64,000 nt of DNA, from positions 48,794,001 through 48,858,000 of the forward strand of contig OZ024740.1 in the NCBI GenBank assembly GCA_964016885.1. The letters are read 5' to 3'. Shown here one piece after another: positions 48,966 to 61,872 of this stretch (position 1 is its first letter; the number at the start of each line of letters is the position of its first letter). Source of the DNA: Eledone cirrhosa. Its lineage: Eukaryota. Below the pieces are notes generated by a model. It did not search any database. It had not been told where the DNA came from and saw nothing but the letters and a program-made list of their open reading frames with translations. Both the position numbers and the translations under genes were made by a program.

Positions 48966-49552
48966 AAACTAACCTATGTTGGGCTATGCATTCTTTTCTG
49001 GAGAAAGACTTATCATTCATAACCATCTCTCTATCTCGTTTTCTAACAAATGCAAAGTCAATCTGACTTGTGTGTTTGCCTAATTGGTGGCTGGCTGGTT
49101 TCTTGAAGTTAGTGTTACAAATAGTAGTTCATTTGCATCACAGAATTCCAAGAGCTTTGTTTCCTCTTCATTTTTTGAGCCATAACTACTGTGTATTCCA
49201 GTGTAGATATCCTGGTGCTGCCCAAACATGTCTATTGGAGTCACAAGCTAGGATGATGAGGCTTTTGTCACCTGTAATTTAAGTTTTCTGTAAGAGTTCC
49301 TCCTAGAAACGACTTCTGTTCTTTACTCAGTTCTGCTTGTGGTGCATACATAGAGATAATTCTCATTCTATTGCCTATGAGTATTTGGAACTTGATAATT
49401 TTGTCACTCTAACTACCTCAATTGTTCTATCCATTTCTCAGTGTGTAGAATGCTTACTCGACCTAACTAATCATCATTTCCTTCCCTGAAAAACTTATAT
49501 CTGATGTTTTGCCTGTGAGTACTCTTGCTGAGAGACCCATCTCACTTCTTAA

Positions 49553-49773
49553 CCCTTTAGCAATTACATTACTCTATATATACTATTGTATTTTCATGGT
49601 AAAGGCTTTACCTCACATAATTATTTCACATAATATCAAATCTATGAGATTTTGATATTATTTATTTTGAGAAAAATACCTTAACATCAATATGAGTGGC
49701 CAGTTATAGCCAGTTTGAACAGAAATAGGTATGAGAATTCTGGCCAGATATGGCTGGTTAAAATGCTAAAGGG
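49553..49773 (+). mobile_element. piggyBac-type MITE inserted in a decayed LINE endonuclease fragment
   Basis: TTAA flanks and CCCTTTAGCA TIRs; the flanking minus strand shows YAPQA and NVG remnants. Confidence 0.85.
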
Positions 49774-50119
49774 TTAAACACAACACACTTCACTCGTCTT
49801 TTCTCAAGTATCACCACAATTTCCCAATATATATCTTTCAGTGTGCCCACATTAAGAGTGTCAGTCTTGAGATGTGTTACCTGACAACGTGGTCCCTGAA
49901 ATACAATAAACACAAGATGGTTACTGGTGGAACGCTTTTAAGCATAGTTCTGTAGAGTAATTATAATTAGGAAAGGTGTTTAGCTGTAGAAACCTTACTA
50001 AAAATTGAAATGTGTGAATGAGACAGCATCTCCCGACTCTTCTAGGAAGGTAATAAATACTAATCTATCTAATCCATGCCAGCATGGAAACCAGATGTAA
50101 AATGAGGAAGATAATAATA

Positions 50120-50622
50120 GATGTCTGATTTAGGCACAAGGCCAGCAATTAACCAGTACATTACTGGTACTTTATTTTATTGACCCCGTAAGGATGAAAG
50201 GTAAAATAATAATGATGTCTGATTTAGGCACAAGGCCAGCAATTTTTTTAGGGGAGGGGAAAGTCGTTTAAATCGACCCCAGTGCATTACTGGTGCTTTA
50301 TTTTATCGACTCCATAAGGATGAAAAGTAAAGCTAACCTTGGCGGGATTTGAACTCAGAACGCAAAGGGTCATAACTCTATGTTGCAAAGCATGTTGTCT
50401 GACGCTCTACCAATACTGCCAGGAAGATAATGATAATTGTTTCTACTTTTGGCACAACGCCAGCAATTACTCAGTACATTACTGGTACTTTTATTTTATT
50501 GACCCCGTAAGGATGAAAGGCAAAGTTAACCTTGGCGGGATTTGAACTCAGAATGGCAAGGGCCGTAACTTTATGCGTCAAAGCATGGCGTCCGACCCTC
50601 TACCAATACTGCCAATCCACCG
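50120..50622 (-). mobile_element. Head-to-tail array of three family-A SINEs
   Basis: GGCACAAGGCCAGCAATT...TACTGGTACTTTATTTTAT...GGATGAAAGG recurs at about 50120, 50215 and 50437. Confidence 0.85.
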
Positions 50623-51124
50623 ATGATACAACAGGCTTCTTACAGTTTCTGCCTATTAAATTTACACAAAGTATTAGTCAACGTGCAGTTATAGTTGAAA
50701 ACACTTGTCCAAAGTTTCATGCTGTGGGATAGATCCTGGCACTACATAGCTGGAAAGCAAACTTCTTAACCAATATAATCATTACAGTACTTATTTTTCT
50801 TCCTTTTTGTTCTGTTTTCAAATTCTACCAGACATTTGAACATTAATGTTCATACCTCTGGAGCCAGTAAAATAGCAGTAATATATTAGAGTGACATTGA
50901 CTACGTTTGCACATAAGCAAGCTCATATAAATTTGAAGACCCACCCTCTTATATTCTCAGGTTGAGGCATATATCTAGTAGGCAACGCCTTCCCCTTCCA
51001 TCTCCCCTCATATAAATCTCCCTTGCAATCATCCCACTCCTATACCTATGTCCCCAATTTTCCCAAGCATCTTCCTCACCCTTCCCAAGTTCCCAAACCC
51101 CTCCATAAACCCCTCCCCCTCTGT

Positions 51125-51460
51125 AGCCACGACAAAAGAGCCCAGCCCACACTATAAAGTGGTCCTGTTGGTGACACGACAAAAAGCACCCAATCCACAC
51201 TGTGAAGTGGTCGTGTAGCTCTCACGACAAAAAGCACCCAGTCCATACTGTAAAGTGGTTGTGTAGGTGTCATGATAAAAAGCACCCAGCATACACTGTA
51301 AATGTAGTTGGCATTAGGAAGGGCATCCAGTCATAGAAACCAAGCCAAAATCAGTTCTGTGTGAGCAAAACAGTCCTCTGACCTGATCTCTCACAAAGGG
51401 ACAACCCGTCCTACCCATGCTAGCGTGGAAGATGTATGTTAAACAGTGATGATGATGATG
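51125..51460 (+). mobile_element. RTE 3'UTR/SINE tail module with tandem subrepeats
   Basis: About four CACGACAAAAAGCACCCA...CACTGTAAAGTGG units, then TTAGGAAGGGCATCCAG, ACCCATGCTAGCGTGGAAG and (GAT)n. Confidence 0.8.
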
Positions 51461-53629
51461 TAACACTAATCTTTAATCCATATTCAAAAGATCAAAATAA
51501 ATATTTTCTCTTTCATCTCCTTCAATAAAGTAGAATGAATATGTGGATGTGCAATAGTAATTGGTACAATTAGGGTAAACTATATTTATTCTACATCAAA
51601 TACATTTGTTACATTTCTCACTGAGTCTGTTTTTCATATTTTGTTAATAAGGACGTTTTAACTGTCAAAAGCACAATTTCTCTTGTATTGGTGACTCAAT
51701 AAAACACACTCAGTACACTCTGTAAAGTAATTGATGAAAATGCGCTTGTTAATATAAATATTTATAGTATCTTTACTAGTGGACAGATTGTTAATAAAAT
51801 TTGCTGTATTAGAGTAAAGACTTCAATTGTTAATGTGATGCTGTTTTGTACTTTTCAAGAATGTCTTGCTAATGCAGTTTCCTGCAGTACAGGATGTTAA
51901 GAGTTAAACACAGTTTATATTGGTGAAAAGATATTTAATATTTTGAACATCAAACAACTAAAGTAAATATTCTCATAAGTTGTAAAATATAAATTTAAAT
52001 CCTGTTACACCCTCAAAGGGCATAGAAATCTTATGAATGTGTGTTAATTTTGTGAGTTCATTGGAGTTTCATAGGTAGTCATTTTTTCACATGGGACTCA
52101 ATGCCTGTGCTTTGCTATAAACCTGCTATTAGTTTGCAAAGTGGTCAAAGTGTGAGAGCATAAACAGTATGACAAATGAAACATATCTATATATCTATCC
52201 AGCTAACTAACTAGCTAGTTATATCTCTGTCTTTTAATATTGGCTATGTTGCAGATATGTGACTTGATATTATCAAAGCTCCTATTATAATAAGTAACCT
52301 TTTTATTACTATATGTCTAATGAAATACACTCTATTTCAATTATTTAATGAGAATTTTGAAGGCTTTACTAAAATTGTTAATTATTTAATTACTAAAATA
52401 GTAACTTAAAATATGGTTCTTATATAAAATTATGTTGGAAGATTTTAATTTAAATAGGAACCCTTTGAAACGTGTGGTTTTGTTTCATAGAACCAGAAGC
52501 AGTTTTGGGTAGGTTGATATCAAAAGGATTAAAACACTCTAGAAACATCCTATGAGATGCACTTTCATGGGTGGCCAGCTAAACCTGTGTATCTGTGAGG
52601 CATACCAGCAATACTATTAGGTGTCAAAATATTTTGTTGTGCATATCTCAACACAACAGGGCAGTACATATTTTGTCAAGAAACCCTTAAACAATTTCCC
52701 CCAAATTACTGAAATTAAAACTATATTTCACGGACAATCCCCACCATCCTAATTTTAATAAGACATTAAATAAAACAGAAGCTGTTTTAGAGGGAAATTT
52801 TATTGAAGTAAAAACAAACCAATTTTTATGAAACAACATGGAACTCATGGAACTCTAGAATATGTTTTTGCCAACCCCACCTTGGGAAACACTGTAATAG
52901 AGTTTTAAGTACTACCTCTTAATTTGAAAGTTTTAACAGAAGTGAATCTTGAAATAAGCAATACATTATATAAGATTATTTATGTTTAATCAAGAGCTAA
53001 AAAATTGTGTGGAAGATGGACGTTAGATGACGGTGATGATGATGATTTATTCAAAGTAATCCAACTTATTTTAATAACTTGATGTAAAATAATAAATTGG
53101 ACACAGTGTTGCAGTTCTCCAATTATTAGATATAAGATTGTAACTTAACATTTGGTTCTTATATGAAATTATGTTGAAAGATTTTGATTTAAATAGGAAC
53201 CCTTTAAAATAAGTGGTTTTGTTTTTATGGAAGCATGGCTGGTTTTGGCCAGTTTGATATCAAAAGTGTTAAAACCTCTTAGTGATAAAAAAATAATAGC
53301 AGTCATCTGCAGATACTCACATATGTGAATATTCTTTGTTTAATACACTAAGTGTTAAATGTTCTTCTATTTGCATAACTGGCTAATTATCATGAAGATA
53401 GTATCCATACAAATTTAATCTCTCAGTTGTCTGATTAAGCATACTTTAAAAAAATTAATAAATAAAACACAGATAAGGCACAGTTGCCTATTTCAATATC
53501 ATCTTGCTAGAATTTTATAGTCTTCATTTAATTTTAATAGAATTTTAAATATTTTCTTTATTTATATTATTTGCAAAAATGTAATATCAAAATAGATTAA
53601 GTTATTAAAATGCTACTTTATTACATTTA

Positions 53630-56550
53630 GATTTTAATTATATGATGAAGAGCTGTTCCGCTAGAGAATGGGTCACAGATGACAGATAGCGATATGGCCA
53701 CCAGATATGATGGTTAGTTGCGATATAAGTGGGCTCCTTCTGGATGAATAAACAATTCCCAGACCAATAGTGATAAATTATCTGGAGAGAAGGAGCAATG
53801 GGTGACATTGATAACTCCCAAGAAAACTCTCACAACCCAGTTATGTAACTATGATGAGTCAAATAAAGGCTGGCTCTTAAAAGCCTAGGCTTCACGGGTG
53901 TGAGAAAAGTAGCAAATTGGTGACTGATCTGAATGAGCATTGCAATATGTAAAGACATCCATACCACATTGTCCATTGCACAGGATAACAAGGGATGTAT
54001 TCAGGCCTTATGTGGAGGAACCTGTCCAAAAAATATTTTGCAGTTTCCACCCAATACTGTAAGAAACGACGATGGGCCTGTGACCTGACCTGAGACGCAT
54101 GGGATTGAAGCACAAAGGTTACATATCCTGAGACCCAAGAAAGGATCTGGAAAGGAACAAACTTTGACAATTGCTATCTGTAACATCACAACCCTTACAG
54201 GCAAGGAACATGAACTAGTGAAAGAGGCCAGATACTACCGGCTAGATATAATTGAGTTTTCCTCAACAAAGTTCTGTGGTTCTGGTATTGTAGATTTGGA
54301 TGGAGGATGGAAATGCAACTATTCAGGTGTGGTACAAGAAAAGGCTGCACAGGTAGGAGTGAAAATACTCACAAGCACCCGACTGTCAGAATGTGTTATC
54401 AACTGGATCCCATCGGGAGGGAAGATTTGCCTCTTGAAGTTTAGGCTGAAAGAAAGGTCTCTGTGGATAGTGAAACTATGCACCAAACAAGGAGTCTGAA
54501 TACAGGTCCATCCTCAATGAAGTCACTGCAGCGTTAGATGTAGTTAAGACTAAGTCATATATACTGATGGAGACTTCAATGCACATGTTGGCACCGATGA
54601 CCTGACATGGAAAGGAGTGATTGGAAATAATGGTGATCCCAATCTAAATATGAATGGAAAAGCCTTATTAGACTTCTGTTCTAGCAATGGACTCTCTATT
54701 ATGAACACCTTGCAGCACAAATGCATGCATAAACATACGGAAATATAAGGGAAATCAGAGACAAAGATCAATATTTGATTTTGTTATTGTCTCTGATCAC
54801 TTTGATTCTGTGCTGGATGTTCATGTTAAGAGAGAGGCTGAACTGTCAACTGATCACCATCTAGTTATCTGCAACCTGAGACTACCTTAAGCCAAGAGAG
54901 CCCACAAAACTGGCAGGTCCAAGTTGACTTTCAGGGTAAAGTGGGAAGTGCTGGCAGATAAGGAAGGCAGGAACAGGTTTAGAGATACTATTGCATCCAA
55001 ATTCAGAGAACTTCTTGAACAAACTGAGGACATTGAAGCAGTGGAGGCTGTTCAGCTTGGTAGTTTCCGCTTCAGCTGTTAAATGCTGTGGACAAAAGTG
55101 GCTTGATGTGGTGCAGAGTGACTAGAGGACCTCTTGGTTCAATCAAAAGGTCAAAGATGCCATGTGAACAAAGAAAAAGGCTTCCAAATCTTGGTTTGTA
55201 AATAAGTTCTCCTTGTATTTGTGGTACAAGCAGGTGCAAAAAGTCGCAGCAGAAACAATAAAGGCATCCAAAGATAAGACATGGGAGGACTTTGGGGTTA
55301 AGCCGGAATCCAACGTCAGATCAGCAAATAAAGTGATCTGGCAGACCATCCACTGATTTCATAATAAGGAGACCTCCCTAACGCCTGTTATCAGAACAGA
55401 AATGTGTCTGGGGTTCTCCTCTCTTCAGAGAGGTGCATCCTCATGAGGTGGAGATAATACTTTACTGATCTCCTAAACCCGATCATAACAGCATCTTCTG
55501 ATGTACGTGAGGTGCATCTGGGAGCGGTGACTAATCTCTCAGAGGCTGAGGTCATAGGAGTAGTTAAAGAGTTCAACTGTGGCAAGGCTCCTGGGGAAGA
55601 TGAAATCTGGCCTGAGATGTTAAAAGCATTAAATAGAGAAGGTATTCTCTGGCTGATTCATGAGTGCCAGGTGCCCTGGATCTATGGAAAGGCACCTAAT
55701 TAATGGCAATTGGGAGTGGTAATCCCAATTTTCAAAAAGGGATACAAGAGATTGCTTCAATTATAGAGGGATCTCCTTGTTAACCCTTTCTTGTAAAATC
55801 TATGCTAAGTGTCTGCAAAGAGATGTAGGGATATTGTTGAGTCCAAGTTAGCTAATGAACAGTTTGGAAACAGCACAGTCATCTAAATATTCATGCTGCT
55901 ACAGGTCTTTGAGAAATCGTGGGAGTATTGACAAGAGGTGCATTCTTGTTTGTAGACCTCAAAAAGGCATATGATCGCATTCCAGGGGATCTGTTGTGGA
56001 AGGTTCTGCAGGAGTATAAGATCAATGGAGAGCTTTTTGTTGCCCCAATACCTCTATATACAATCCCTAGTATTTGTATTTGGATAAATGGTGCTAAGCC
56101 GAAATTATTCAATGTGGTGTCAGACTCTGTGAAGGATGCGTAATGTCACCTCACTTGTTCATAATCTTCCTGGACAGGTTTGACATTCACAGCCAGGTTG
56201 AAAGTGGTACTTCTTAACTCATCAGAAGGTGATCTCCTACTTGCAATTGATAGGTTTGCTTCTGAGTTCTGCATGGCAAGAATTAAAATCAGTGCTGCGA
56301 AGACTGAGACAATTGTTCTCTCAAGGAAGCCTGTGTAGTGGATTCTGCATGTGAGTGGAGTTCCACTGAAGCAAGTGGAGCAGTTCGCTATCCTCCATTC
56401 AGTATTTGTGTCAACTCGTACGTATGGTGATGAATCTTGAGTAATGACCAAAAGAATACGATCATGAATACAAGTGGCTGAAATGGAGTTCCTCTGAAGG
56501 GTCTTCTGGAGTAATGTTACTCAATAGAGTGTGTAGCTCAGAGATCAGAC
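53630..56550 (+). mobile_element. Near full-length, heavily decayed RTE LINE (APE endonuclease + RT)
   Basis: [46 protein letters not shown] and FVDLKKAYD motifs, with many stops and frameshifts. The 5' boundary is uncertain. Confidence 0.85.
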
Positions 56551-58393
56551 ACCTAATTTTGCTTTTGCCTATAAAATTTCTGATGAAATTATGCATATCT
56601 GAAATCTTATCCATGTTGAGCTTAATAAGAATAAGAGAAGGTTGCTTAGAAATTCTGCAGAGAGGAGTCTTAAATATGAAGGCACACTTCTCTTCATTTG
56701 TCAGTGTTTGACAAAGACCAGTATTAGTTCCAAAGGTATCATCTTTTCATTCAGCTCAGTTATTTACAATTGTTCAAATTGGAAAAAGAAACTTATGAGA
56801 TCCCTAAAAAAAGCAGTAAAAATATAAATGGCTAAAATAAAAGTAGAGACATTTTTCAAAATCTGTTCTGTCAAAAGGCCATATAGATCAATGTTGTGTT
56901 TTTATGAAAATAAAAGCTATTATTTCAAAATATACTGAATACTACAATAGACTAACCAGTAGTATGGCAATAATTTGTAATGTTGGATGAACTAGTGTAA
57001 TAATAGCTGGTTAATTAGCTTGTATTATGCTGTTCAAATGAGGGAGCCAAAATAGTAATCTTAAAAAGGAAGGATATATTGTCAAGAAAGAGACAGTTTG
57101 GTCACAACAGGAATGCTTTTGATTATAAAACTGCTCATTCATATTTGACAACAACAACATGTAAGAGTATAATTTATAATAAGAAAAAGAATGACAATGC
57201 AATTAAAGATGTTGAAAGTTAAAATAAGTTGACGTAAACCTTTGATAAAGAAAAAAACATACAATTTATATTGTTAAAAGAAAATTTCAAGTAATTTAAT
57301 CTAATATCAGAAACCATGACATCAGCAAACTATATCAATTGCCAATTAATGTTATGCTCTTCAACTGTGTAAATTTCTCTTGTTCTAACCTACTTTATTA
57401 CCTTGTTCAGAACATATGGCATGGTACAAGAAATGGGTTTTAAACTCAAGCCTTTTCAGGATCTCAAGCCTCTTCAGCTGAGGGACTTGCACTTTATTCA
57501 CTGAGCTATTGAAACTCCTCTTAATTTTCAAGCATGACATCTTACTTATAACTATAATTGAGATTCCCATGTTGTTTCTGAGGAGTCAAAGATTCTATGA
57601 ATATATATGTCGTAGCCTACCTAGGCAGGGCAAGACTTTTAACTATTTTAACACTCAATGCCATACTGATGTATATACTCAATTGATACAGAGTGCCGTA
57701 CACTTGTGTAGTACAATGATTTCCCGATATCTCTGTCCATATTTGAATTACAGTGTCAAATATATTATGTTGAATAATGAAAGAATAAGAGAGCAAAATT
57801 AGGTAATTAATCCATTGTTTTATGATTATTTTGGCTAAGCTAAAAATAATTCAGCTTTATTCACCAGTGCAAAGGTAAATCTAGTCCAGTATCCTTGAAA
57901 AGTGTGTCATATCCATTTCTCATGGGCAGGAGGTGCTTTTCAAGCTAAGATTCCTTCCATTTGTTGCGTTCTTTCATTGTCTCCTTTGTGAGTGTTAGCA
58001 ACTTGAAATCAATTCTCACCACCTCTTCTCAGCCAGCTATTCCTTGGTTTTCCTCTATTAAGTTTCCTTCCATTGGGATATTTTGGCACTTTTTCACTCA
58101 ATGATCATCATTCATACACATCACAGGTTCATGTCAATGCAGTCTTCTCTTTTCAACAGTATATCTGATGTTTTTATACCCAGCTTTCCTCTCAACTTAT
58201 TCATGCTTTGTGATGGTGATGATGATGGCGAGATAGTTTAACACAGATCTCAAACTCAAGGACACAAAAAGGGCCATTATGTCCTGGGGAAGAAGCACAG
58301 CAGACCAAAAGGTAGATGAGGTGTAGGGGGGGCGGGGTCCACCAGTTATATTGCTAATCTACAATACAGCTGACAGGCTGCTATTTTTTTGTC

Positions 58394-60000
58394 ATGAAAA
58401 TGAATACACTTGTGAGGCAATTACAGGAAAAGTACCTAGCTAAAAGTAAGCCACTCTACTTGGCATTTGTCGACCTTGAGAAAGCCTTTGACAGAGTTCC
58501 ACGTGCAGTAATCTGCTGGGCTCTTAGAAAACTAGGAGTAGATGAATGGCTTGTGAAAGCGGTACAAGCCATGTATAGGGGAGCAGTCAGCAAAGTTAGG
58601 ATTAGCAATGAGTATAGCGAGGAATTTAGCGTACAGGTTGGGGTCCACCAGGGCTCTGTTCTTAGCCCTCTCCTGTTCATCATAGTCCTGCAGGCAATAA
58701 CGGAGGAGTTTAAGACCGGATGCCCATGGGAACTCCTGTATGCTGATGACCTCGCACTCATAGCTGAATCTATGGTAGAACTAGAGAATAAATTCCAAAC
58801 CTGGAAGCAAGGACTAGAGAGAAAGGGCCTCAAAGTCAACATGACAAAGACTAAGGTCCTTGTAAGTAGACGAGAAAACAGAACCCAGATCCCCTCAGGG
58901 AAATGGCCTTGCTCAGTATGTAGGAAAGGTGTAGGTAGGAACTCCATTCTCTGCCCCAAATGCAAACAATGGGTACACAAGAGATGTAGCGGGATCTCAG
59001 GAAGCTTAATTAAGAATGTAGGATTCACATGCAGCAGCTGTGCTGAAACAGCAAGCAAACAGCCACAGGAAACAAGTACCACCAATCTCTGGGAGGGCCC
59101 TGTAGAAACAGTAGACAGCTTCTGCTACCTAGGTGACCGAATTAGCAACGGAGGTGGGTGCTCAGAAAGTACAATAACTAGGGTAAGAACGGGATGGAAG
59201 AAGTTTAGGGAACTACTACCACTGCTAACTGCAAAAGGCTTCTCCCTCAGAATGAAAGGCAGACTGTATGATGCGTGTATCCGAACAGCAATGTTACATG
59301 GTAGTGAGACCTGGGCGCTGAAGGTGGAAGACTTACGTAGATTAGAGAGAAACGAAGCCTGCATGCTCCGATGGATGTGTAACAGTAATATACGTGAACG
59401 ACAAAGCATAAAGGAATTGAGAGAGAGACTGAGCATAAGAGGAATCAAATGCTGCGTGCAGGAGAGGCGGTTACGCTGGTATGGACATGTGATGCGTATG
59501 AAGGATGACAGCTGCATAAAAAGGTGCAGAGCACTAGAAGTTGATGGAAACCGCGGAGTGGGGAGACCCAAGATGACTTGGGATGAGGTGATAAAAGCCG
59601 ACCTTACCCAACTACACCTCTCAAAGACAATGACACACGACCGTGACTTCTGGCGTCACGCAGTAATACAGGGTACCCGACCTCCCATGGGTACATGCTG
59701 AAGCATATAAACAATATGCCCCCACTCCCCCCACCGCAAGGTGGTCGTGGAGGTGCCACGGCAAAAAAGCACCCAGCCCACACTGTAAAGTGGACGTGTA
59801 GGCGCCACGAAAAAGCACCCAGCACTCACTGTAAATGAGGTTGGTGTTAGGAAGGGCATCCAGCTGTAGAAATCAAGCCAGATCAGTTCCTGTATGAGCA
59901 AGGCATGGTCAGCCGACCAGACACTGCCCACAACAGGACAACCCGTCTAACCCATGCTAGCGTGGAAGAACGGACGTAAAACGGTGATGATGATGATGAT
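58394..60000 (+). mobile_element. Young 5'-truncated RTE LINE with an uninterrupted 435-aa RT frame containing a PHD-like finger
   Basis: FVDLEKAFDRV, GVHQGSVLSP, YADD, C4HC3 finger and RLRWYGHV; stop at 59701; about 300-bp 3' UTR and (GAT)n tail. Confidence 0.95.
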
Positions 60001-60411
60001 ATGATAGTAAGTGGGATATGTGAATTAGTATAAAATGTAGGGAGAACATTTTCTGTTTCAAAATTTCCTTCATTAGTCATGAAAATTGTTCTGCCATGGG
60101 CCATAGAAAAGTAGTTTGTAGGCCACATGTACCTGTAAGCTATGTGTTTGAAACCTTTGGTTTCACATGTTTATTTCATTACACATGTTTCACTAGTGGT
60201 CAGGATCAAAATCATTTTTAATTACATATCATTACGTAACAACAGGCTTCATCTCCTTAGGTCACCGGCTCATTAGATGAATTGAAACATCAACTGTTAA
60301 AAATCACTTTGCAGCTTAAGGAATAGACATAGGCTATAACAATAACATAAATGATGCAAATAAACCTAAGACTAATGAAAAGGGTGCTAAGAAAAAGAAT
60401 ACTAATAGTAA

Positions 60412-60806
60412 TGGTTTCTGATTTAGGCACAAGGCCAATAATTTTGGGGGAGAGGAAAATCGATTAAATCAACCTCAGTGTTACTAGTACTTTATTTTAT
60501 CAACCCCAGTACATTCGGGGTACTTTATTTTATCGACCCCGTAAGGATGAAAAACAAAGAAAACCTCAGCAGGATTTGAACTCAGAATGTAAAGAGACAT
60601 AACTCTATGCTGCAAAGTATGGTGTCTGACACTCTACTAATACTGCCAATCCACCACCCTTAATACTAATAATAATTGTTTCTACCTTAGGCACAAGGCC
60701 AGAAATTTGAAGGGAGGGGAAAGTCGATTAATTCAACCCCAGCGCATGACTGGTACTTTATTTTATTGACCCCATAAGGATGAAAGGCAAAGTTAACCTC
60801 GGCAGG
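60412..60806 (-). mobile_element. Two tandem family-A SINEs
   Basis: Full copy at about 60412-60657 and partial copy at about 60677-60806, joined by (AAT)n. Confidence 0.8.
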
Positions 60807-61080
60807 ATAAGAGGAAGAATAAGAGTAAACCACCGTTAAATATAGACTTGTATCTAAAGGTTAAATTTTATTTTGGGTGATTGTGTATTGGTGTATATAG
60901 CAATAGGGTGAAAGGATAAATAAATGTACCATAACAAATAAATATGTAGACAGAAATATATATATAAGCATGGAAGTGTTGATTAGTGTAGTCTATGTGA
61001 TTATTGAATGAGATATATTCACTAGAACGCTCCTGATTATTACTGGAATTCTATAAGAATCCAGCTTCTATAATTTTCAG

Positions 61081-61167
61081 CGAAAGCGGGGGAGTACGCG
61101 GCTCTGATGAATGCCAACCAGCGTGAAACAGACTATCAGCTTCTCTCCCTTCATTCGCCAAAAAGAA
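61081..61167 (+). other. Candidate 87-nt cassette (poison) exon in ABCC4 intron 1, overlapping a hammerhead-like core
   Basis: ttttcAG acceptor at 61080, consensus GTAAGT donor at 61168, CpG-rich; in-frame TGA at 61124 if joined to exon 1. Confidence 0.45.
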
Positions 61168-61460
61168 GTAAGTGACATAGTCACTACTTTAAAACTGATA
61201 GTGTATGGTCTTCTAAATGTTTTTAATTAAACATATGGTATATTGCCAAATATACTATATATACATTCATGTAGTATATATTTCTTGTTTATATTTTACC
61301 TTTTCTGAAATGCTTATAAGTGTCTCAGTTAATAAATTCTCTTATATCTTTGAATGTATGTGGAGTAAGGTCAAATGCTTATTCAAGGGATAGATAAATA
61401 GGGAAGCATAAAAAAACAAACTATACCACACAATATAAAAGTCTTGCTATGGCTGTTTAA

Positions 61461-61658
61461 TCCTTTAGCATTTACATTACTCTACTATTATATTTTCATC
61501 TTAAAGGCTTTATCTCACATGATATCGAATATATGAGATTTTGATAATGTTATTATTTATTTTGAGAACAAGATCTTAATGTCAGTATGAGGGGCAAGTT
61601 TGAACAGAAAGAAGTGAGAGAATTCTAGCCAGATATGGCTTGTTTAAATGCTAAAGAG
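61461..61658 (+). mobile_element. piggyBac-type MITE
   Basis: Same family as 24486, with slightly decayed TIRs and TTAA-like flanks. Confidence 0.8.
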
Positions 61659-61872
61659 TTTAAGCTGTGATCATGTCATGCTATGTTAGAGCTGTTGTGA
61701 ATTATCAACAGTCTGTCAGGCTCACACTATATGTAAATGAGGATATCCAACAGATGTCTCATATGCAAAATCCATATATAAGTGAGAGCTTATTTTGCCT
61801 CAGTAATTATTATTTTGGTCTTAAATTTTCATATGTGCCTGACATCAAGCAATTTCAAATATGAATGCAGAA

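Noticed and set aside
52570-52895. hAT/Charlie-type MITE ending TTGGGAAACACTG
   Set aside because: Only one terminus is recognisable; no matching TIR or TSD was found.
58456-59571. Long antisense ORFs (also 31074-31448, 43816-44268 and 10705-11154)
   Set aside because: They are shadow frames opposite LINE coding sequence.
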